This document shows positions 40,451 to 51,716 of a stretch of 64,000 bases of DNA, piece after piece. Source of the DNA: Caldisericota bacterium. GTDB lineage: Bacteria; Caldisericota; Caldisericia; JAAYUI01. The notes below the pieces were generated by a model. It was given only the letters and a program-made list of their open reading frames with translations, had not been told where the DNA came from and ran no database searches. The stretch spans positions 128,001 to 192,000 of the forward strand of contig JAKPMO010000004.1 in assembly GCA_029548865.1 (NCBI GenBank), given 5' to 3'. The translations under genes and the position numbers were made by a program. The stretch's first letter is position 1. Each line of letters begins with the position of its first letter.

Positions 40451-41959
40451 TCAGCTCCCAAAGGTGGATGATACAGACTGCACAAGTTTGGATATTCCTT
40501 CCTTGTGCGCATCAGTCAGTTTTGGTGCCATTGAGAGCTCCTTAAGGAGATCAGGCCTGAATCTTTTTGCTTCCTCAACAAGGACACGCTCGAACTCCTG
40601 GACCCTATCTTTTCTTATATCATCCAGTGCGCCAAGCGAGTAGGCGCCAAGAATAAGTACCTGCTGACCCACGTGCATCGGGCTGTACTGTGGTTGTTTA
40701 AGCAGTTCGACGAGCTTTTCACCCCTCTGGAGCTTCTTTTGGGTTACCGGGTCGAGCTCTGCGCCAAACTGGGCGAATGCCTTGAGGTCATTGTACTGTG
40801 ACAGATCTAGCTTGAGTGAACCACCGACCTTTTTCATGGTCGGAATCTGGGCGTTTCCACCGACACGGGAAACGGAAAGACCGACGTTTACAGCTGGCCT
40901 TATACCCTCGTGGAAAAGCTCTTTCTCAAGGTATATCTGACCGTCGGTGATGGATATGAGGTTTGTCGGGATGTACTGCGAAACATCGCCGGCCTGTGTT
41001 TCGATTATTGGCAGGGCGGTCATGGAACCACCGCCAAGATCCTTGTGGAGTTTTGCAGCGCGCTCGAGGAGCCTTGAGTGGAGGTAGAAAATGTCTCCTG
41101 GATATGCCTCACGCCCTGGCGGACGCCTCAGAAGCAGTGCAAGTTCCCTGTAGGCATCGGCATGCTTTGAGAGGTCATCATAGATTATCAGGACGTGCTT
41201 GCCGGAGCGCATCAGCTCTTCGCCAATTGCGCAACCGACATAAGGAGCTATGTACCTGGTTGCTGGCGACTGGTCTGCAAGGGTTGTGACGATGAGGGTG
41301 TAATCAAGCGCACCATAATCACGCAGTGTTTTGACAATTCCTGCCATGGTGGACGATTTCTGTGCAATTCCAACATAGATGCAGATTACATTTTCGTCCT
41401 TCTGGTTCAGGATTGTATCAATGGCAATGGCAGTTTTTCCGGTTTGCCTGTCGCCAATGATGAGCTCACGCTGTCCCCTGCCGATCGGAAAAAGAGCGTC
41501 AATGGTCTTGATGCCGGTTTGCATCGGCTGATGAACTGGCTCCCTCTCGATTACTGATGGGGCTTTTGTTTCAAGCGGGAGAAATTTTATTGATTTTGGT
41601 GCTGGTTTTCCATCAATCGGATTGCCGAGGGGATCAATTACACGACCAATCAGGTTTTGGGTGTAAGGAATTGAGAGAAGTCTTCCAGTCCTTGATACCC
41701 TGTCACCTTCCCTGACGTATTTGTCTTCACCGAGCAAAACGACTCCGACGTAATCAGGAGCAAGCGAGAGCACGAAACCCTCGATGCCACCTTCAAAACT
41801 CAACACCTCGCTGATGAAGGCATCAGAGAGCCCTCTTACTAGGGCAACACCATCACCAACTTCACTGACTGAGCCGGCATTTTCAATTACCGGAATGAAA
41901 GGTTTTGCCTCAAAAGAGGCCTGCCAGGTGTTGATTATCTCGTCTAGTATCTCAGGCAT
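40451..41959 (-). CDS. atpA: ATP synthase alpha
   Basis: GDRQTGKT and [22 protein letters not shown] motifs. Confidence 0.98.
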   Translation of the reverse strand: MPEILDEIINTWQASFEAKPFIPVIENAGSVSEVGDGVALVRGLSDAFISEVLSFEGGIEGFVLSLAPDYVGVVLLGEDKYVREGDRVSRTGRLLSIPYTQNLIGRVIDPLGNPIDGKPAPKSIKFLPLETKAPSVIEREPVHQPMQTGIKTIDALFPIGRGQRELIIGDRQTGKTAIAIDTILNQKDENVICIYVGIAQKSSTMAGIVKTLRDYGALDYTLIVTTLADQSPATRYIAPYVGCAIGEELMRSGKHVLIIYDDLSKHADAYRELALLLRRPPGREAYPGDIFYLHSRLLERAAKLHKDLGGGSMTALPIIETQAGDVSQYIPTNLISITDGQIYLEKELFHEGIRPAVNVGLSVSRVGGNAQIPTMKKVGGSLKLDLSQYNDLKAFAQFGAELDPVTQKKLQRGEKLVELLKQPQYSPMHVGQQVLILGAYSLGALDDIRKDRVQEFERVLVEEAKRFRPDLLKELSMAPKLTDAHKEGISKLVQSVSSTFGS

Positions 41960-41963
41960 AGGA

Positions 41964-42791
41964 TCACCTCAAGTCTTCGATGGTGGTTTCAACCATCCTT
42001 GAGATTGAGGAATCGAATATAGTGTCACCAAAGACTATCCTGAGGCCAGAAATGAGCTCTGGTTTTATGATAAATTCAACCTTGGCGCCGTTTTTCACAA
42101 AGCCGAGGACGAAATCTGAAACTGCCTTTTTGTCCACTTCTGGCATTTCAGTTGCAGACTCGATGACGATTCTTGATACCTTGCCTGCCTGGGAGAGCGC
42201 ATCGCAAAGATTGAGTTTATGGGAATGGATGTCGCAGACTGTGAGTTTTGGCAGCTCAGAAATGATGTGTTTTGTGTAGGCTTCGGTCATGCCATTATCG
42301 AAGACCTGCTTCATGACCTGTCTTGAAGCCTGAACAATAATTTTTTTCGAGCGGCTCTTTAGATCTTGCTCGGTTATTTCACGTTCGCCTTTTGCTTCTT
42401 CCTCTGCAATCCTGAGTATGGACTTGGCGTCTTCCCTTGCTTTACCAATGATCTCTTCCCTTATGGCTTCCGCGGTTTGGACCGTTTCTGATGTTATCTT
42501 TCTCGATTCCTCGGCTGCCACGCTTTTTTGTTTTTTGGCGTCTTCAAGTCCTGCTTTTGCTTCTTCCTGGAGCTTTTTTGCGTCATCAATGACTGAAGAT
42601 GCGGCCTTTTTTCTGTCTTCCATCATCTTCTTTACTGGCTTGTAAAGAAAAGTCCAGAGAACGATGAAAAGTAGAGAGAGGTTGAGTATTGCAAATAGCA
42701 GGGTTCGCCAGTCAATCTGGATAAGAGATGAAGAAGCTTCTTTTGCAACTTCATTTGCCGCTTGGGCGGCACTAGCTAGCAGATAATTCAT
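41964..42791 (-). CDS. atpF: ATP synthase subunit b with fused delta/OSCP-like C-terminus
   Basis: TM plus LYKPVxxMMEDR coiled coil; C-terminal [12 protein letters not shown] resembles delta; no separate atpH. Confidence 0.88.
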   Translation of the reverse strand: MNYLLASAAQAANEVAKEASSSLIQIDWRTLLFAILNLSLLFIVLWTFLYKPVKKMMEDRKKAASSVIDDAKKLQEEAKAGLEDAKKQKSVAAEESRKITSETVQTAEAIREEIIGKAREDAKSILRIAEEEAKGEREITEQDLKSRSKKIIVQASRQVMKQVFDNGMTEAYTKHIISELPKLTVCDIHSHKLNLCDALSQAGKVSRIVIESATEMPEVDKKAVSDFVLGFVKNGAKVEFIIKPELISGLRIVFGDTIFDSSISRMVETTIEDLR

Positions 42792-42804
42792 TGTGCCCAC
42801 CTGC

Positions 42805-43068
42805 TTATATAAGCGGGTTTGCGAAGATAAGGACCAACGCTACTGCAAGGGCATAGATTACGAGCGACTCTATGAGGGCCAGCGAAAGGATCAGGGTCGT
42901 AAATATCCTGTCTCCTGCCTCAGGCTGCCTTGCGATGGCGTCGGCTGCGGCTGCGGCTGCTTTGCCCTGTCCCTGGGCTCCTCCGAATGCTGCAATAGCG
43001 ATTGCGAAAGATGCGGAGAAGACCGAAACAACCTTAATTAACCAAACCATGCTTGTGTTTGCGTCCAT
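42805..43068 (-). CDS. atpE: ATP synthase subunit c
   Basis: GxxxGQG, ARQPE and IESLVIY motifs. Confidence 0.96.
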   Translation of the reverse strand: MDANTSMVWLIKVVSVFSASFAIAIAAFGGAQGQGKAAAAAADAIARQPEAGDRIFTTLILSLALIESLVIYALAVALVLIFANPLI

Positions 43069-43070
43069 TG

Positions 43071-43907
43071 TTAGTGACCCCCTTTAGAAGTTACTGCAGG
43101 TTGCAGATAGACCAGGAACAACATGGTAAATACCAGTGCCTGGACAGCTCCGGTGAACAATCCGAGTCCCAGGATGACGATAGGGACAACAAAAGCCACA
43201 AGAGAAGAAATTACTTCGAGAACTATGTGCTCACCAGTCAGGTTTCCAAAAAGACGGACAGCCAGCGAAAGCGGGCGGCTGACTTCTTCAAGGATGTTGA
43301 TTGGCAACATAAATGCGTACGGTTTTACATAATGTTTCAAGTATGGCCCAATGCCTTTGACCTTCATGTATTGCCCATGGTAATAGGAAATTGCCGTTAG
43401 AGCGAAACCAGTGGTTACCATAAGGTCGGTTGTTGGCGCAATGACCATCTTGAAATTTTGGGAAACGCCATAGAAAGGAATGAATAGTGAGGAGACGATA
43501 CCCAAAAGGTTTGAAATGAGGATATAGCCGAAGAAAGCACAAACTGCCACCTCATAGCCTTTACCCTCGTGTCCGAGGATGCTCTCTGCAAAATTTTGTG
43601 TGGTGACAACAACCATTTCTGCGAGAACAGCCCTCTTTGATCCAGGTTTTTTAACCCCTGAGCCAATAACTATGATGATCGTGGAGAAAATCACAGTCGC
43701 GATGAGTAGTGCAAAAAACGTGTTTGACAGGGGTGATCCAAAAAGTGAGAAGGTTGTCTGCTGTGGGCCAACTTCAATCTTGTGAGGGTGTGGAGAAGCT
43801 GGAACCAAGAACATTACGCAGGCGTAGGCAGCCACAAAAAATAATGCAATCCAGAAGCTTTTTTTCCTGAGCAGGGGAGTTTTTTTCTTTTTCACCACTT
43901 CAGCCAT
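43071..43907 (-). CDS. atpB: ATP synthase subunit a; start ATG 43907
   Basis: [17 protein letters not shown] and QALVFTML motifs. Confidence 0.95.
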   Translation of the reverse strand: MAEVVKKKKTPLLRKKSFWIALFFVAAYACVMFLVPASPHPHKIEVGPQQTTFSLFGSPLSNTFFALLIATVIFSTIIIVIGSGVKKPGSKRAVLAEMVVVTTQNFAESILGHEGKGYEVAVCAFFGYILISNLLGIVSSLFIPFYGVSQNFKMVIAPTTDLMVTTGFALTAISYYHGQYMKVKGIGPYLKHYVKPYAFMLPINILEEVSRPLSLAVRLFGNLTGEHIVLEVISSLVAFVVPIVILGLGLFTGAVQALVFTMLFLVYLQPAVTSKGGH

Positions 43908-44178
43908 TTTTGCCTCCGCGTTTAAACTTTGTAAACCATATCCACCATAGGCCAAAACCAAGCGCAAAGCCACCAAAAGATGCTAACAAAACATAAAACC
44001 CAAGTAAAACTGGGGCAAAAAGTGCCAGCGCGGCAATGAGGAGCCTCAGCGGGTTTGTAATAACCGTCTGGCCTTTCATGAATGACTTTTGCGTTTGCAG
44101 GAAAAGGAGGTGGAACCATGCGAACCCGAGGCCACAGCCCCAGATCGCTCCGCCTATTATCTCTAATGCTGTTTTCAT
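43900..44178 (-). CDS. AtpI/AtpR-like small membrane protein
   Basis: GxxLGxxWFxxL..T..LR pattern; position upstream of atpB. Confidence 0.7.
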   Translation of the reverse strand: MKTALEIIGGAIWGCGLGFAWFHLLFLQTQKSFMKGQTVITNPLRLLIAALALFAPVLLGFYVLLASFGGFALGFGLWWIWFTKFKRGGKNG

Positions 44179-44384
44179 AGCTTGAATTTAAGGGCCGTTC
44201 TTGCTGAGGCAACGAGGCCCATACATATCAGGATCAGGAAGAATATCGGCATTGTCCCCAATGCTTTGTCGAGAAAGAAGCCAGCCACGCCACCAAGAGC
44301 AATGGGCATGATGAGCATGAAGACGATTGTCAGACCAAGGGCCCTTGCTTTTATCATCTCAGCAAATATCTTTCCTGCCCTCAA
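44175..44384 (-). CDS. AtpZ/AtpQ-like membrane protein; TTG start after AAGGAG
   Basis: LG...PIxxGxxxGxFLD..GT.P pattern. Confidence 0.75.
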   Translation of the reverse strand: MRAGKIFAEMIKARALGLTIVFMLIMPIALGGVAGFFLDKALGTMPIFFLILICMGLVASARTALKFKL

Positions 44385-44394
44385 TGTTCTCTCC

Positions 44395-45849
44395 TTAGAG
44401 TGATTCGCTAGCTTTTGCAATGAGCTGGTAGATCCATGGCAAAAGGCCAATCACGAGTGTTAAAACCGAGCATACTACTGCCACAAGATAAGCAAAAGAA
44501 AATCCTGGTTTGATTTCTTTTTCCAAGTACTCCTGATCCGGTGCCTCAAGATACATGTTCTTTACAATGCCAAAATAATAGAATGCCGAGATGGCAGAAT
44601 TTATGACTGCAAGAATCACAAGCCAGTAGAGGCCTGCCGAGACACCGGCAGTAAAAATAAGCAGTTTGCCGAAAAACCCTGCGGCAAATGGAATGCCAAG
44701 GAGCGAGACAAGCGAGACCGTCATTGCAAGTGCCAGACCAGGATCTGTTTTGCTCAATCCCTTGAAGTGGTTTAGGGTTGTTCCACCTCTTCTTATTTTT
44801 ACAACCTTAATTACGGAGAACACTGCGATGTTCATGAGCGCATAGGCGGTAACATACATAAGTATGCCCCTGGCACCCTCTGACCTGATTGCTGCTTCAG
44901 GAGAGAATGCTATTACAACAATGCCTATGAGCATGTAACCTATCTGCGCAATCGAGCTGTAGGCCATAATCCTTTTTACTTCAGTCTGCCAGATCGCAGT
45001 GAGGTTACCATATGTCATGGAGAGTGCCGAGATGGCAGCTATTGACCATTTTACCAGATTGGTGAAATTGTCGCTTGCCGCTGGGTTGATGCCCATTGAT
45101 ATAAATCTTGAAAGAACTATCAAGGCACCAATTTTTGGGGCAACAGAAATGAATGCAGTTGATATTGGCGGTGAACCTTCGTAAACATCCGGGGCCCAGA
45201 AATGAAACGGAACTGCCGCTATTTTGAAAGAAAGGCCTGCGAGTACAAATATGAACCCGACCATTTCAAGCGGAGTGCCCTTTATGCTGTTGAAAAGCTC
45301 TACAAAGCTGAATGTACCTGCTGTTGTGTAGATGAGGGATATTCCATAGATCGTCATTGCAGATGCAAATGCGCCAAGCAGGAAGTATTTTACGACGGCC
45401 TCTTTTGATTTGGGATCGTGTGATTTCAGGCCTGCCAGCATGTATAGGGGTATTGAAGACAGCTCTATTCCCAAATAGAGCGAGAGCATGTGTGACGACT
45501 GGACCAGGAGCATCAAGCCGGTGACGGAGATGAGCATGAGGAATACGAATTCTCCCTGGCGCTTTGAGGCATCGTTGAACATGTCAAGCGAGGAGAGCAG
45601 TATTGGCACGGAGATGACCAGAAGCAGTCCCCTGGCAAAATTGGAGAAATCATTTTGCACAAAAAGGTTGCCTGCTGGTTCCCTGATTCCTGGAACAGTC
45701 TGCATGACAATAAACGAAACCACGACAGTCAGGATAGCCAACAAGCCAAGCATATACTTCCTTAGCGGAAACTTGAATACCGACAGGAGTAGTATTATGC
45801 AGGCCCCAACAAGAAGGACCATCTCTGGATAAAATGAAGCAAAGTTCAT
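44395..45849 (-). CDS. nuoN: Complex I-like subunit N
   Basis: EAVVKYF, FKIAAVPFHFWAPDVYEG and KRIMAYSSI motifs. Confidence 0.95.
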   Translation of the reverse strand: MNFASFYPEMVLLVGACIILLLSVFKFPLRKYMLGLLAILTVVVSFIVMQTVPGIREPAGNLFVQNDFSNFARGLLLVISVPILLSSLDMFNDASKRQGEFVFLMLISVTGLMLLVQSSHMLSLYLGIELSSIPLYMLAGLKSHDPKSKEAVVKYFLLGAFASAMTIYGISLIYTTAGTFSFVELFNSIKGTPLEMVGFIFVLAGLSFKIAAVPFHFWAPDVYEGSPPISTAFISVAPKIGALIVLSRFISMGINPAASDNFTNLVKWSIAAISALSMTYGNLTAIWQTEVKRIMAYSSIAQIGYMLIGIVVIAFSPEAAIRSEGARGILMYVTAYALMNIAVFSVIKVVKIRRGGTTLNHFKGLSKTDPGLALAMTVSLVSLLGIPFAAGFFGKLLIFTAGVSAGLYWLVILAVINSAISAFYYFGIVKNMYLEAPDQEYLEKEIKPGFSFAYLVAVVCSVLTLVIGLLPWIYQLIAKASESL

Positions 45850-45858
45850 CTCGTCTCC

Positions 45859-47349
45859 TTAAACTATTGGAAGTGTTGGCAGTGTGGTGATTGCATGTTG
45901 TATCATATTGAGGAGCGGCATCGGGAATATTCCAATGAAGAATATGAATCCAAGAAGCGGGGTTGCGGCGAAAAATTCCCTGAAGCTTGCGTCCCTGAGC
46001 TCCTTGAAATGCGGGTCTGCAACAGTGCCGAACAACACTCTTTGCATCATCCAGAGCATGACACCACCGTTTATGATCATTCCAACAACGGAGACCCAGG
46101 CCCACCAGTTGACTGCCTGATATGCCGCAGTCATTGAAAGGAACTCACTGACAAAACCAGCAAGAGCTGGCAAACCGATTGATGCAAATGATGCGATGAT
46201 GAGCATTATCGAGATGATTGGAATGATTGATGCCATTCCCGGGAGCTTTGCAATTTCCCTTGTGTGGGTTCTGTCATAGATGTAGCCGACCAAAAGGAAG
46301 AGGAGGCCTGTTGTGATGCCGTGGTTGAACATTACAAGCACGGCCCCCTGGAGAGCAGCCACAGCACCTGTTTTGAGGAATGCCGCTACAGCCAGGAGAA
46401 CAAAGCCCATGTGGTTCACTGAAGTGTATGCAACAAGTTTTTTGAGGTCTTTCTGGACAAGCGAACAGAATGCTCCGTAAACAATGCCTATTACTCCAAG
46501 AATACCGATGATGTCTGCCCACCATGTTGCAGCATACGGCATGATACCTACTCCGATACGGATGAGGCCGTAGCCTCCCATTTTAAGCAGGACGCCTGCA
46601 AGGAGGATTGATATTGGGGCCGGTGCTTCGACGTGTGCATCAGGAAGCCAGGTATGGAATGGGAAAGACGGTACCTTGATTGCGAAACCGAGGAAGAGTG
46701 CTCCAAACACTGGGAGTCCAAGGGCCCACCCTCTCAGGTTGGCACTTGTCTCGATCAACTGTGGTATCGAGAAGGTGTTTTGCCCGGAAGCAAAATATAT
46801 TGCAAGCACACCGACCAGCATGAACAGGGAGCCAACCAAAGTGTAGATGAAGAACTTGATCGATGCGTAGAGCTTTCTGGGGCCACCCCAGATACCGATC
46901 AGGAAGTACATCGGTACAAGCACAAGTTCCCAGAACACATAGAAAAGCACCAGGTCAAGCGAAACAAAGACGCCTATAAGACCGGTTTCAAGAAGCAGGA
47001 ACAGTGAATAGTACTCCTTGTTTCTGTGGTCGATGTTGAACGATGCAAGACAGGCAACAAAGGAAAGGAGGGTTGTGAGGAAGAGCATGAGCATTGACAT
47101 GCCATCGACACCAAAGAAGTAGGTAATGCCAACACTTTCAACCCATGGCACCTTGTCGATCAGCTGGAAACCAGGAACTGAAGTTTTAAACTGTGTCCAG
47201 ATGAATATGGAAATGATTAGGTTGGCTACTGTAAAGCCAAGAGCGGTCCATTTGATCCAGCCTGCCCATTTTTTCGGGAAGAGCAGAAGCAAGAGCGAAC
47301 CGAGGAGCGGAAGAAACGTTACGATTGTAAGCAATCCATTGAATTCCAT
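45859..47349 (-). CDS. nuoM: Complex I-like subunit M
   Basis: FYVFWE, KVPSFPFHTWLPDAHVEAP and LLKMGGYG motifs. Confidence 0.95.
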   Translation of the reverse strand: MEFNGLLTIVTFLPLLGSLLLLLFPKKWAGWIKWTALGFTVANLIISIFIWTQFKTSVPGFQLIDKVPWVESVGITYFFGVDGMSMLMLFLTTLLSFVACLASFNIDHRNKEYYSLFLLLETGLIGVFVSLDLVLFYVFWELVLVPMYFLIGIWGGPRKLYASIKFFIYTLVGSLFMLVGVLAIYFASGQNTFSIPQLIETSANLRGWALGLPVFGALFLGFAIKVPSFPFHTWLPDAHVEAPAPISILLAGVLLKMGGYGLIRIGVGIMPYAATWWADIIGILGVIGIVYGAFCSLVQKDLKKLVAYTSVNHMGFVLLAVAAFLKTGAVAALQGAVLVMFNHGITTGLLFLLVGYIYDRTHTREIAKLPGMASIIPIISIMLIIASFASIGLPALAGFVSEFLSMTAAYQAVNWWAWVSVVGMIINGGVMLWMMQRVLFGTVADPHFKELRDASFREFFAATPLLGFIFFIGIFPMPLLNMIQHAITTLPTLPIV

Positions 47350-47358
47350 TCATTCCTC

Positions 47359-49422
47359 CTAATTTAGGACGGCAAACCATGCCACAAGTATCAATACCAG
47401 TGCTATTGAGGCAAACATTATTGTCGCGTAGTTTGGAAGGTAGCCGGTTTGCACCTTCCTGACCTTTGAGCCAATGAATCCAGTCAACGCAGCAACGCCA
47501 TTGACGGCACCATCTATGACATTTTCATCAAACCATTTGACAAGTTCTGACACCTTGACGGTCAGATACCCTACCAGGTTGACCAGACCGTCAACTATTC
47601 CGGCATCGAACCAATAAACGATGTTGCCAAGAACAACCGAGAGCCATGCCATTCCATTGACTGCCCCGTCAATGACTGTCCGATCAAACCAGTGGCAAAA
47701 TTCACTCACATAGAAAAGCGGCTTCACTGCGATGAAAGTCCAGGCCTCATCAATAAACCACTTATTCTTGAAAAAGAGGTAAAGTGGTTTGAGGACCCTT
47801 ATGAGTGTTTCTTTTTTGAACCAGCCCCAGGCGTAGATTGCGAGCCCAAGGAAGATGCCTGCAAGAACAAGCCCTGTGGAGCCAAAAATGAGCGTCCAGT
47901 TGACTGCTTCGGATTCGAACTCATGGAAGAATATAAACCTCTGGAAGAGTTCACCAAAGAACGGTGCCCCGACGAAGCCTATCACCACTGAAAGCACGGC
48001 CAGTATTATTAGCGGAAGGGTTGTCTTCCACGAGGCTTCGTGGACATGGTTTTCTTTTCTGGGTTTTCCAAAGAAGGTCAGCCAGACACATCTTGTCATG
48101 TAGTATGGGGTGAGGAAGGCGGTTATCAGTGCGAGGATAAGCGGTATGGTCGAGTGGGTTGCCTCTGCCCCGACAAGTATTGCGTCTTTACTCCAAAACC
48201 CGGCAAACGGGAAGAGTCCCGCAAGGGCAAGCGATCCAAGTATGAAAGTCCACGCGGTGATGGGCATTTTTTTGAACAGTCCGCCCATTTCATGCATGTT
48301 TTGGGTATGTGTTGCGTGAATGACCGAGCCTGAGCCAAGGAAGAGCAAACCTTTGAACATTGCGTGGGTCATGAGGTGGAAGAGTGCAGCAGTGTAGCCA
48401 AATTTGCCGAAACCCAGCGCCATTACCATGTAACCCAGTTGACTGATGGTTGAATAGGCAAGAACCTTTTTGATGTCATCCTGCACCGTGGCTATTGTTG
48501 CAGCAAAAATTGCCGTGAAAGAGCCAACATAAGTGACGACCTTCAAAGCAATCCCACTGGAATCAAGTGTGAACAGCCCCATACACCTTGCAACAAGATA
48601 TATACCGGCCGCGACCATAGTTGCGGCATGGATAAGCGCAGAAACTGGTGTCGGGCCTTCCATGGCGTTGGGGAGCCAGACGTGGAGCGGGAACTGGGCA
48701 GATTTGCCCATTGCGCCCATAAAAATCAGGAGTGGTATTATTATGAGAAGAGCAGGGGCGAGTGATGCAATTGCAGATGGCAGGGCCTCAAGGTTGAGCG
48801 TATGAGGGTTTGAGAGTATGAGGCACATTATTATGCCTGTGAAGAGGCCAATATCTCCAACTTTTGTAACAAAAAAAGCCTTCTTTGCGGCCTGGTATGC
48901 GGACCTCTTGTGGAACCAGAAGCCTATGAGAAGATATGAACAGAGACCAACCAACTCCCAAAAAGCAAAGAGCTGGAGAAGGTTTGATGCGGTAACTACG
49001 CCGAGCATTGCAGTCGTGAAGAGCTGGAGTTCGGCATAGAACCTTGCAATTCCAGGATCACCGTGCATGTAGTCCTGGGAGAACAGGTGCACAAGGAACG
49101 ATACCAGCGTGACCACACAAAGCATCATTGCACAGAGCTGGTCGACCCTAAACCCGAAATCAAGCGTCAGGTTGCCAGACTGGAGCCAGACAAAGCTGAC
49201 TGTTGGTGCTGGCCCGTTTGCGATAACGAGTCCAAGCACCACAATCGAGGTTATCAATGAAATAAAGATGCTTATTGTTGCGAGCTTTGGTCCCCACTCC
49301 TTTGCTATTTTTCCGCAGAGGCCAACAATGATGAATCCCAGAAGTGGAAAGGCCATCGTTAAAACAGCGAGGATCGAGGTGAGGGTCCAGGAACCGGCAA
49401 GGGAAGCTACAGTGTGTTCCAT
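47359..49422 (-). CDS. nuoL: Complex I-like subunit L
   Basis: WELVGLCSYLLIGFW and GKSAQFPLHVWLPNAMEGPTPVSALIHAATMV motifs. Confidence 0.95.
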   Translation of the reverse strand: MEHTVASLAGSWTLTSILAVLTMAFPLLGFIIVGLCGKIAKEWGPKLATISIFISLITSIVVLGLVIANGPAPTVSFVWLQSGNLTLDFGFRVDQLCAMMLCVVTLVSFLVHLFSQDYMHGDPGIARFYAELQLFTTAMLGVVTASNLLQLFAFWELVGLCSYLLIGFWFHKRSAYQAAKKAFFVTKVGDIGLFTGIIMCLILSNPHTLNLEALPSAIASLAPALLIIIPLLIFMGAMGKSAQFPLHVWLPNAMEGPTPVSALIHAATMVAAGIYLVARCMGLFTLDSSGIALKVVTYVGSFTAIFAATIATVQDDIKKVLAYSTISQLGYMVMALGFGKFGYTAALFHLMTHAMFKGLLFLGSGSVIHATHTQNMHEMGGLFKKMPITAWTFILGSLALAGLFPFAGFWSKDAILVGAEATHSTIPLILALITAFLTPYYMTRCVWLTFFGKPRKENHVHEASWKTTLPLIILAVLSVVIGFVGAPFFGELFQRFIFFHEFESEAVNWTLIFGSTGLVLAGIFLGLAIYAWGWFKKETLIRVLKPLYLFFKNKWFIDEAWTFIAVKPLFYVSEFCHWFDRTVIDGAVNGMAWLSVVLGNIVYWFDAGIVDGLVNLVGYLTVKVSELVKWFDENVIDGAVNGVAALTGFIGSKVRKVQTGYLPNYATIMFASIALVLILVAWFAVLN

Positions 49423-49430
49423 TGTCCCTC

Positions 49431-49730
49431 CTACCACTTGAGCAGGCTGAACTGCTCGAGAGTTACCCAGCCCTTTGCCCTGTACATTGCCACAATTGCA
49501 CCGAGTCCGACAATGGTTTCAGCTGCTGCAATTGCTATGGCAAACACGACCATTGACTGCGCCATGCCTGGATCGGGGAGCTGGCTTGCCGTAGCGATGA
49601 AGGTGAGGTTGGCCCCATTGAGCATCAACTCAATGCACATAAGTATCCTGATGGCGTTTCTCAGGGTGAGGGCGCCGAGGACACCAAAGCTGAATATTGC
49701 AGCACCAAGGATAAGCAAGAGGTAGTTCAT
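49431..49730 (-). CDS. nuoK: Complex I-like subunit K
   Basis: MCIELMLN and AAAE motifs. Confidence 0.93.
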   Translation of the reverse strand: MNYLLLILGAAIFSFGVLGALTLRNAIRILMCIELMLNGANLTFIATASQLPDPGMAQSMVVFAIAIAAAETIVGLGAIVAMYRAKGWVTLEQFSLLKW

Positions 49731-50272
49731 ACCTCGTCCTCCTTTTTCTTTGCCATCTCTATTCCGCCAACAACAGCCGCAAGCAGAAGGAAAGAGGCCA
49801 TTTCAACAGGCACCATGTAAGGTGTGGAAGCATTGTCTGAATAAAGTGCGTCACCAACTGCCATCAATGATGTTTTTGGTGGGAGGGCCATTTGTCCCTG
49901 GAAGTTAGTTGTTAACTGGCTTTCCGAGGTGTTCATGATGAAGAAGGAGATTGCACCAAAGAGCGCAAGGGCGACAAAAACACCAAGGACGGCTTGGCGG
50001 TTCAGGTGGCTCATCTGCTTTCCAGAGACATCATGCGTGAACATGATCGAGAACAGGATGAGTATGGCTATAGCGCCAACGTAGATGGCTATCTGTGCTG
50101 CAGCGATAAAATCGGCATGCAACCCTACATAGATTGCCGCAATTGACAGGAGGCAACCAATCAGACATATGGCCGCATGGACAATATTTTTTACAGTTAC
50201 AGTTAGGGCCGCAAAGACAAGTGCGGGGAAGGCGAGTGCCATGTAAAGAGCCTGTGACATTGTTACATTCAC
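49727..50272 (-). CDS. nuoJ: Complex I-like subunit J
   Basis: QIAIYVGAIxILILF motif. Confidence 0.92.
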   Translation of the reverse strand: MNVTMSQALYMALAFPALVFAALTVTVKNIVHAAICLIGCLLSIAAIYVGLHADFIAAAQIAIYVGAIAILILFSIMFTHDVSGKQMSHLNRQAVLGVFVALALFGAISFFIMNTSESQLTTNFQGQMALPPKTSLMAVGDALYSDNASTPYMVPVEMASFLLLAAVVGGIEMAKKKEDEV

Positions 50273-50691
50273 TGTGCACCCCCAAACGGAAGAAGGAGCT
50301 CTTCTTTCTCGTGTATCATCCCTTCCCTTGTGTATGAGGAAAGCTCATATTTGTGACCAACCTGCAGTGCACCAAACGGGCAAACCTCGACGCATATCCC
50401 ACAGAATATACACTGCTGGACATTTACACTGTACTTAACCGGGAAAGGCGTGTTGTCTTCCCTTTTGCCTTTTTCAATGGTGATCGCGTGTGTTGGGCAA
50501 TTGTTTGCGCAAATTCCGCAGGCGGTGCATTTTTCCCTGCCGTTTTCATCGCGGACCATTCTCATCAGGGCAAAAAACCTTGGCACCATCGCCTGCTTTT
50601 GCTTTGGGTAGCGGAGCGTTATTTTGACCCTGAATATATTTTTAAAAGTGACCCAGAGAGAGCTTGCTATTCCTGTTCCGTACATGATCAC
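50269..50691 (-). CDS. nuoI: Complex I-like subunit I (2x[4Fe-4S])
   Basis: CTACGICxxxCP and CIFCGICVEVCP motifs. Confidence 0.93.
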   Translation of the reverse strand: MIMYGTGIASSLWVTFKNIFRVKITLRYPKQKQAMVPRFFALMRMVRDENGREKCTACGICANNCPTHAITIEKGKREDNTPFPVKYSVNVQQCIFCGICVEVCPFGALQVGHKYELSSYTREGMIHEKEELLLPFGGAQ

Positions 50692-50692
50692 C

Positions 50693-51712
50693 TCATTTCA
50701 CAAAAACCTTGAGCCAGTTTTCATTTAAAACAACATATGCGGTCAAGATTATATTGACGAGAGAGAGCGGTAGCATGACTTTCCATGCCATGTTCATGAG
50801 CTGGTCAGCCCTGACCCTTGGCAGCGACCTGGAGAACCAGAGGATGAAACCAACCATAGCAAAGGACTTCAGGAGGAACCAGAACAGTGAAGACAGACCC
50901 CATGGAAGGAACTCTGGGCCTGAACCCCCACCAAGATAGAGCGCAGTAATGATTGCTGAAGTCACAAAGAGATATGTGTATTCTGCAAAGAAAAAGAACG
51001 CAAACCTGATGCCGGAGAATTCAACGTTATATCCGGCCACAAGCTCCGATTCACCTTCTGCAAGGTCAAATGGTATCCTGAATATCTCAGCAAGTGAAGA
51101 AACGAAAAATACCAGGAAACCAATGAATTGTGGGGCGATAAACCAAACTCTTTGTATCGAAGAGATGTGATATACATTCATACTGCCGGCGAGCATTACC
51201 ACTGCGATAATCGCCAGTGTTTTTGGGATTTCATAGCTGATTTCCTGGGCAGCAGTCCTGACAGCACCGAGGAGCGAGAACTTGTTTCCGGATGACCACC
51301 CGCCAAGGATTATGCCGATGACAGACAGCGCCATGACGGCCGAGATCATCAGAACACCGATTTCAGTGTCCGCGGCAACAAGCTTTATTCCGCCAACAAG
51401 TCCAAACGGAATGAAGGCAAAGGTGATAAAAGATGGGGTGAATGCTATGAGGGCAGAGTATGAATAGAAAAATTTGTCAGCTGCCTTTGGGATAACATCA
51501 CCTTTTGTCAGAAGCTTTATCATGTCGGCGAAAGGCTGGAAGAGACCCCATGGCCCAACTTCCATCGGGCCAAGTCGCTGGTGCATCCAGCCAAGCAGTT
51601 TTCTTTCGGCAAGGGTCAGAAGTAGTGCATTTACCATTACGAACCCGAAAATGCCTAGCGATATTGCTACCTGGATAAGTGCTACAATCAGATATGGGAC
51701 GAAGTTTTCCAT
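50693..51712 (-). CDS. nuoH: Complex I-like subunit H; start ATG 51712
   Basis: ERKxxxxxxxRLGP, QPFADMIK and PFDLAEGESELVAG motifs. Confidence 0.95.
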   Translation of the reverse strand: MENFVPYLIVALIQVAISLGIFGFVMVNALLLTLAERKLLGWMHQRLGPMEVGPWGLFQPFADMIKLLTKGDVIPKAADKFFYSYSALIAFTPSFITFAFIPFGLVGGIKLVAADTEIGVLMISAVMALSVIGIILGGWSSGNKFSLLGAVRTAAQEISYEIPKTLAIIAVVMLAGSMNVYHISSIQRVWFIAPQFIGFLVFFVSSLAEIFRIPFDLAEGESELVAGYNVEFSGIRFAFFFFAEYTYLFVTSAIITALYLGGGSGPEFLPWGLSSLFWFLLKSFAMVGFILWFSRSLPRVRADQLMNMAWKVMLPLSLVNIILTAYVVLNENWLKVFVK

Positions 51713-51716
51713 TTTG

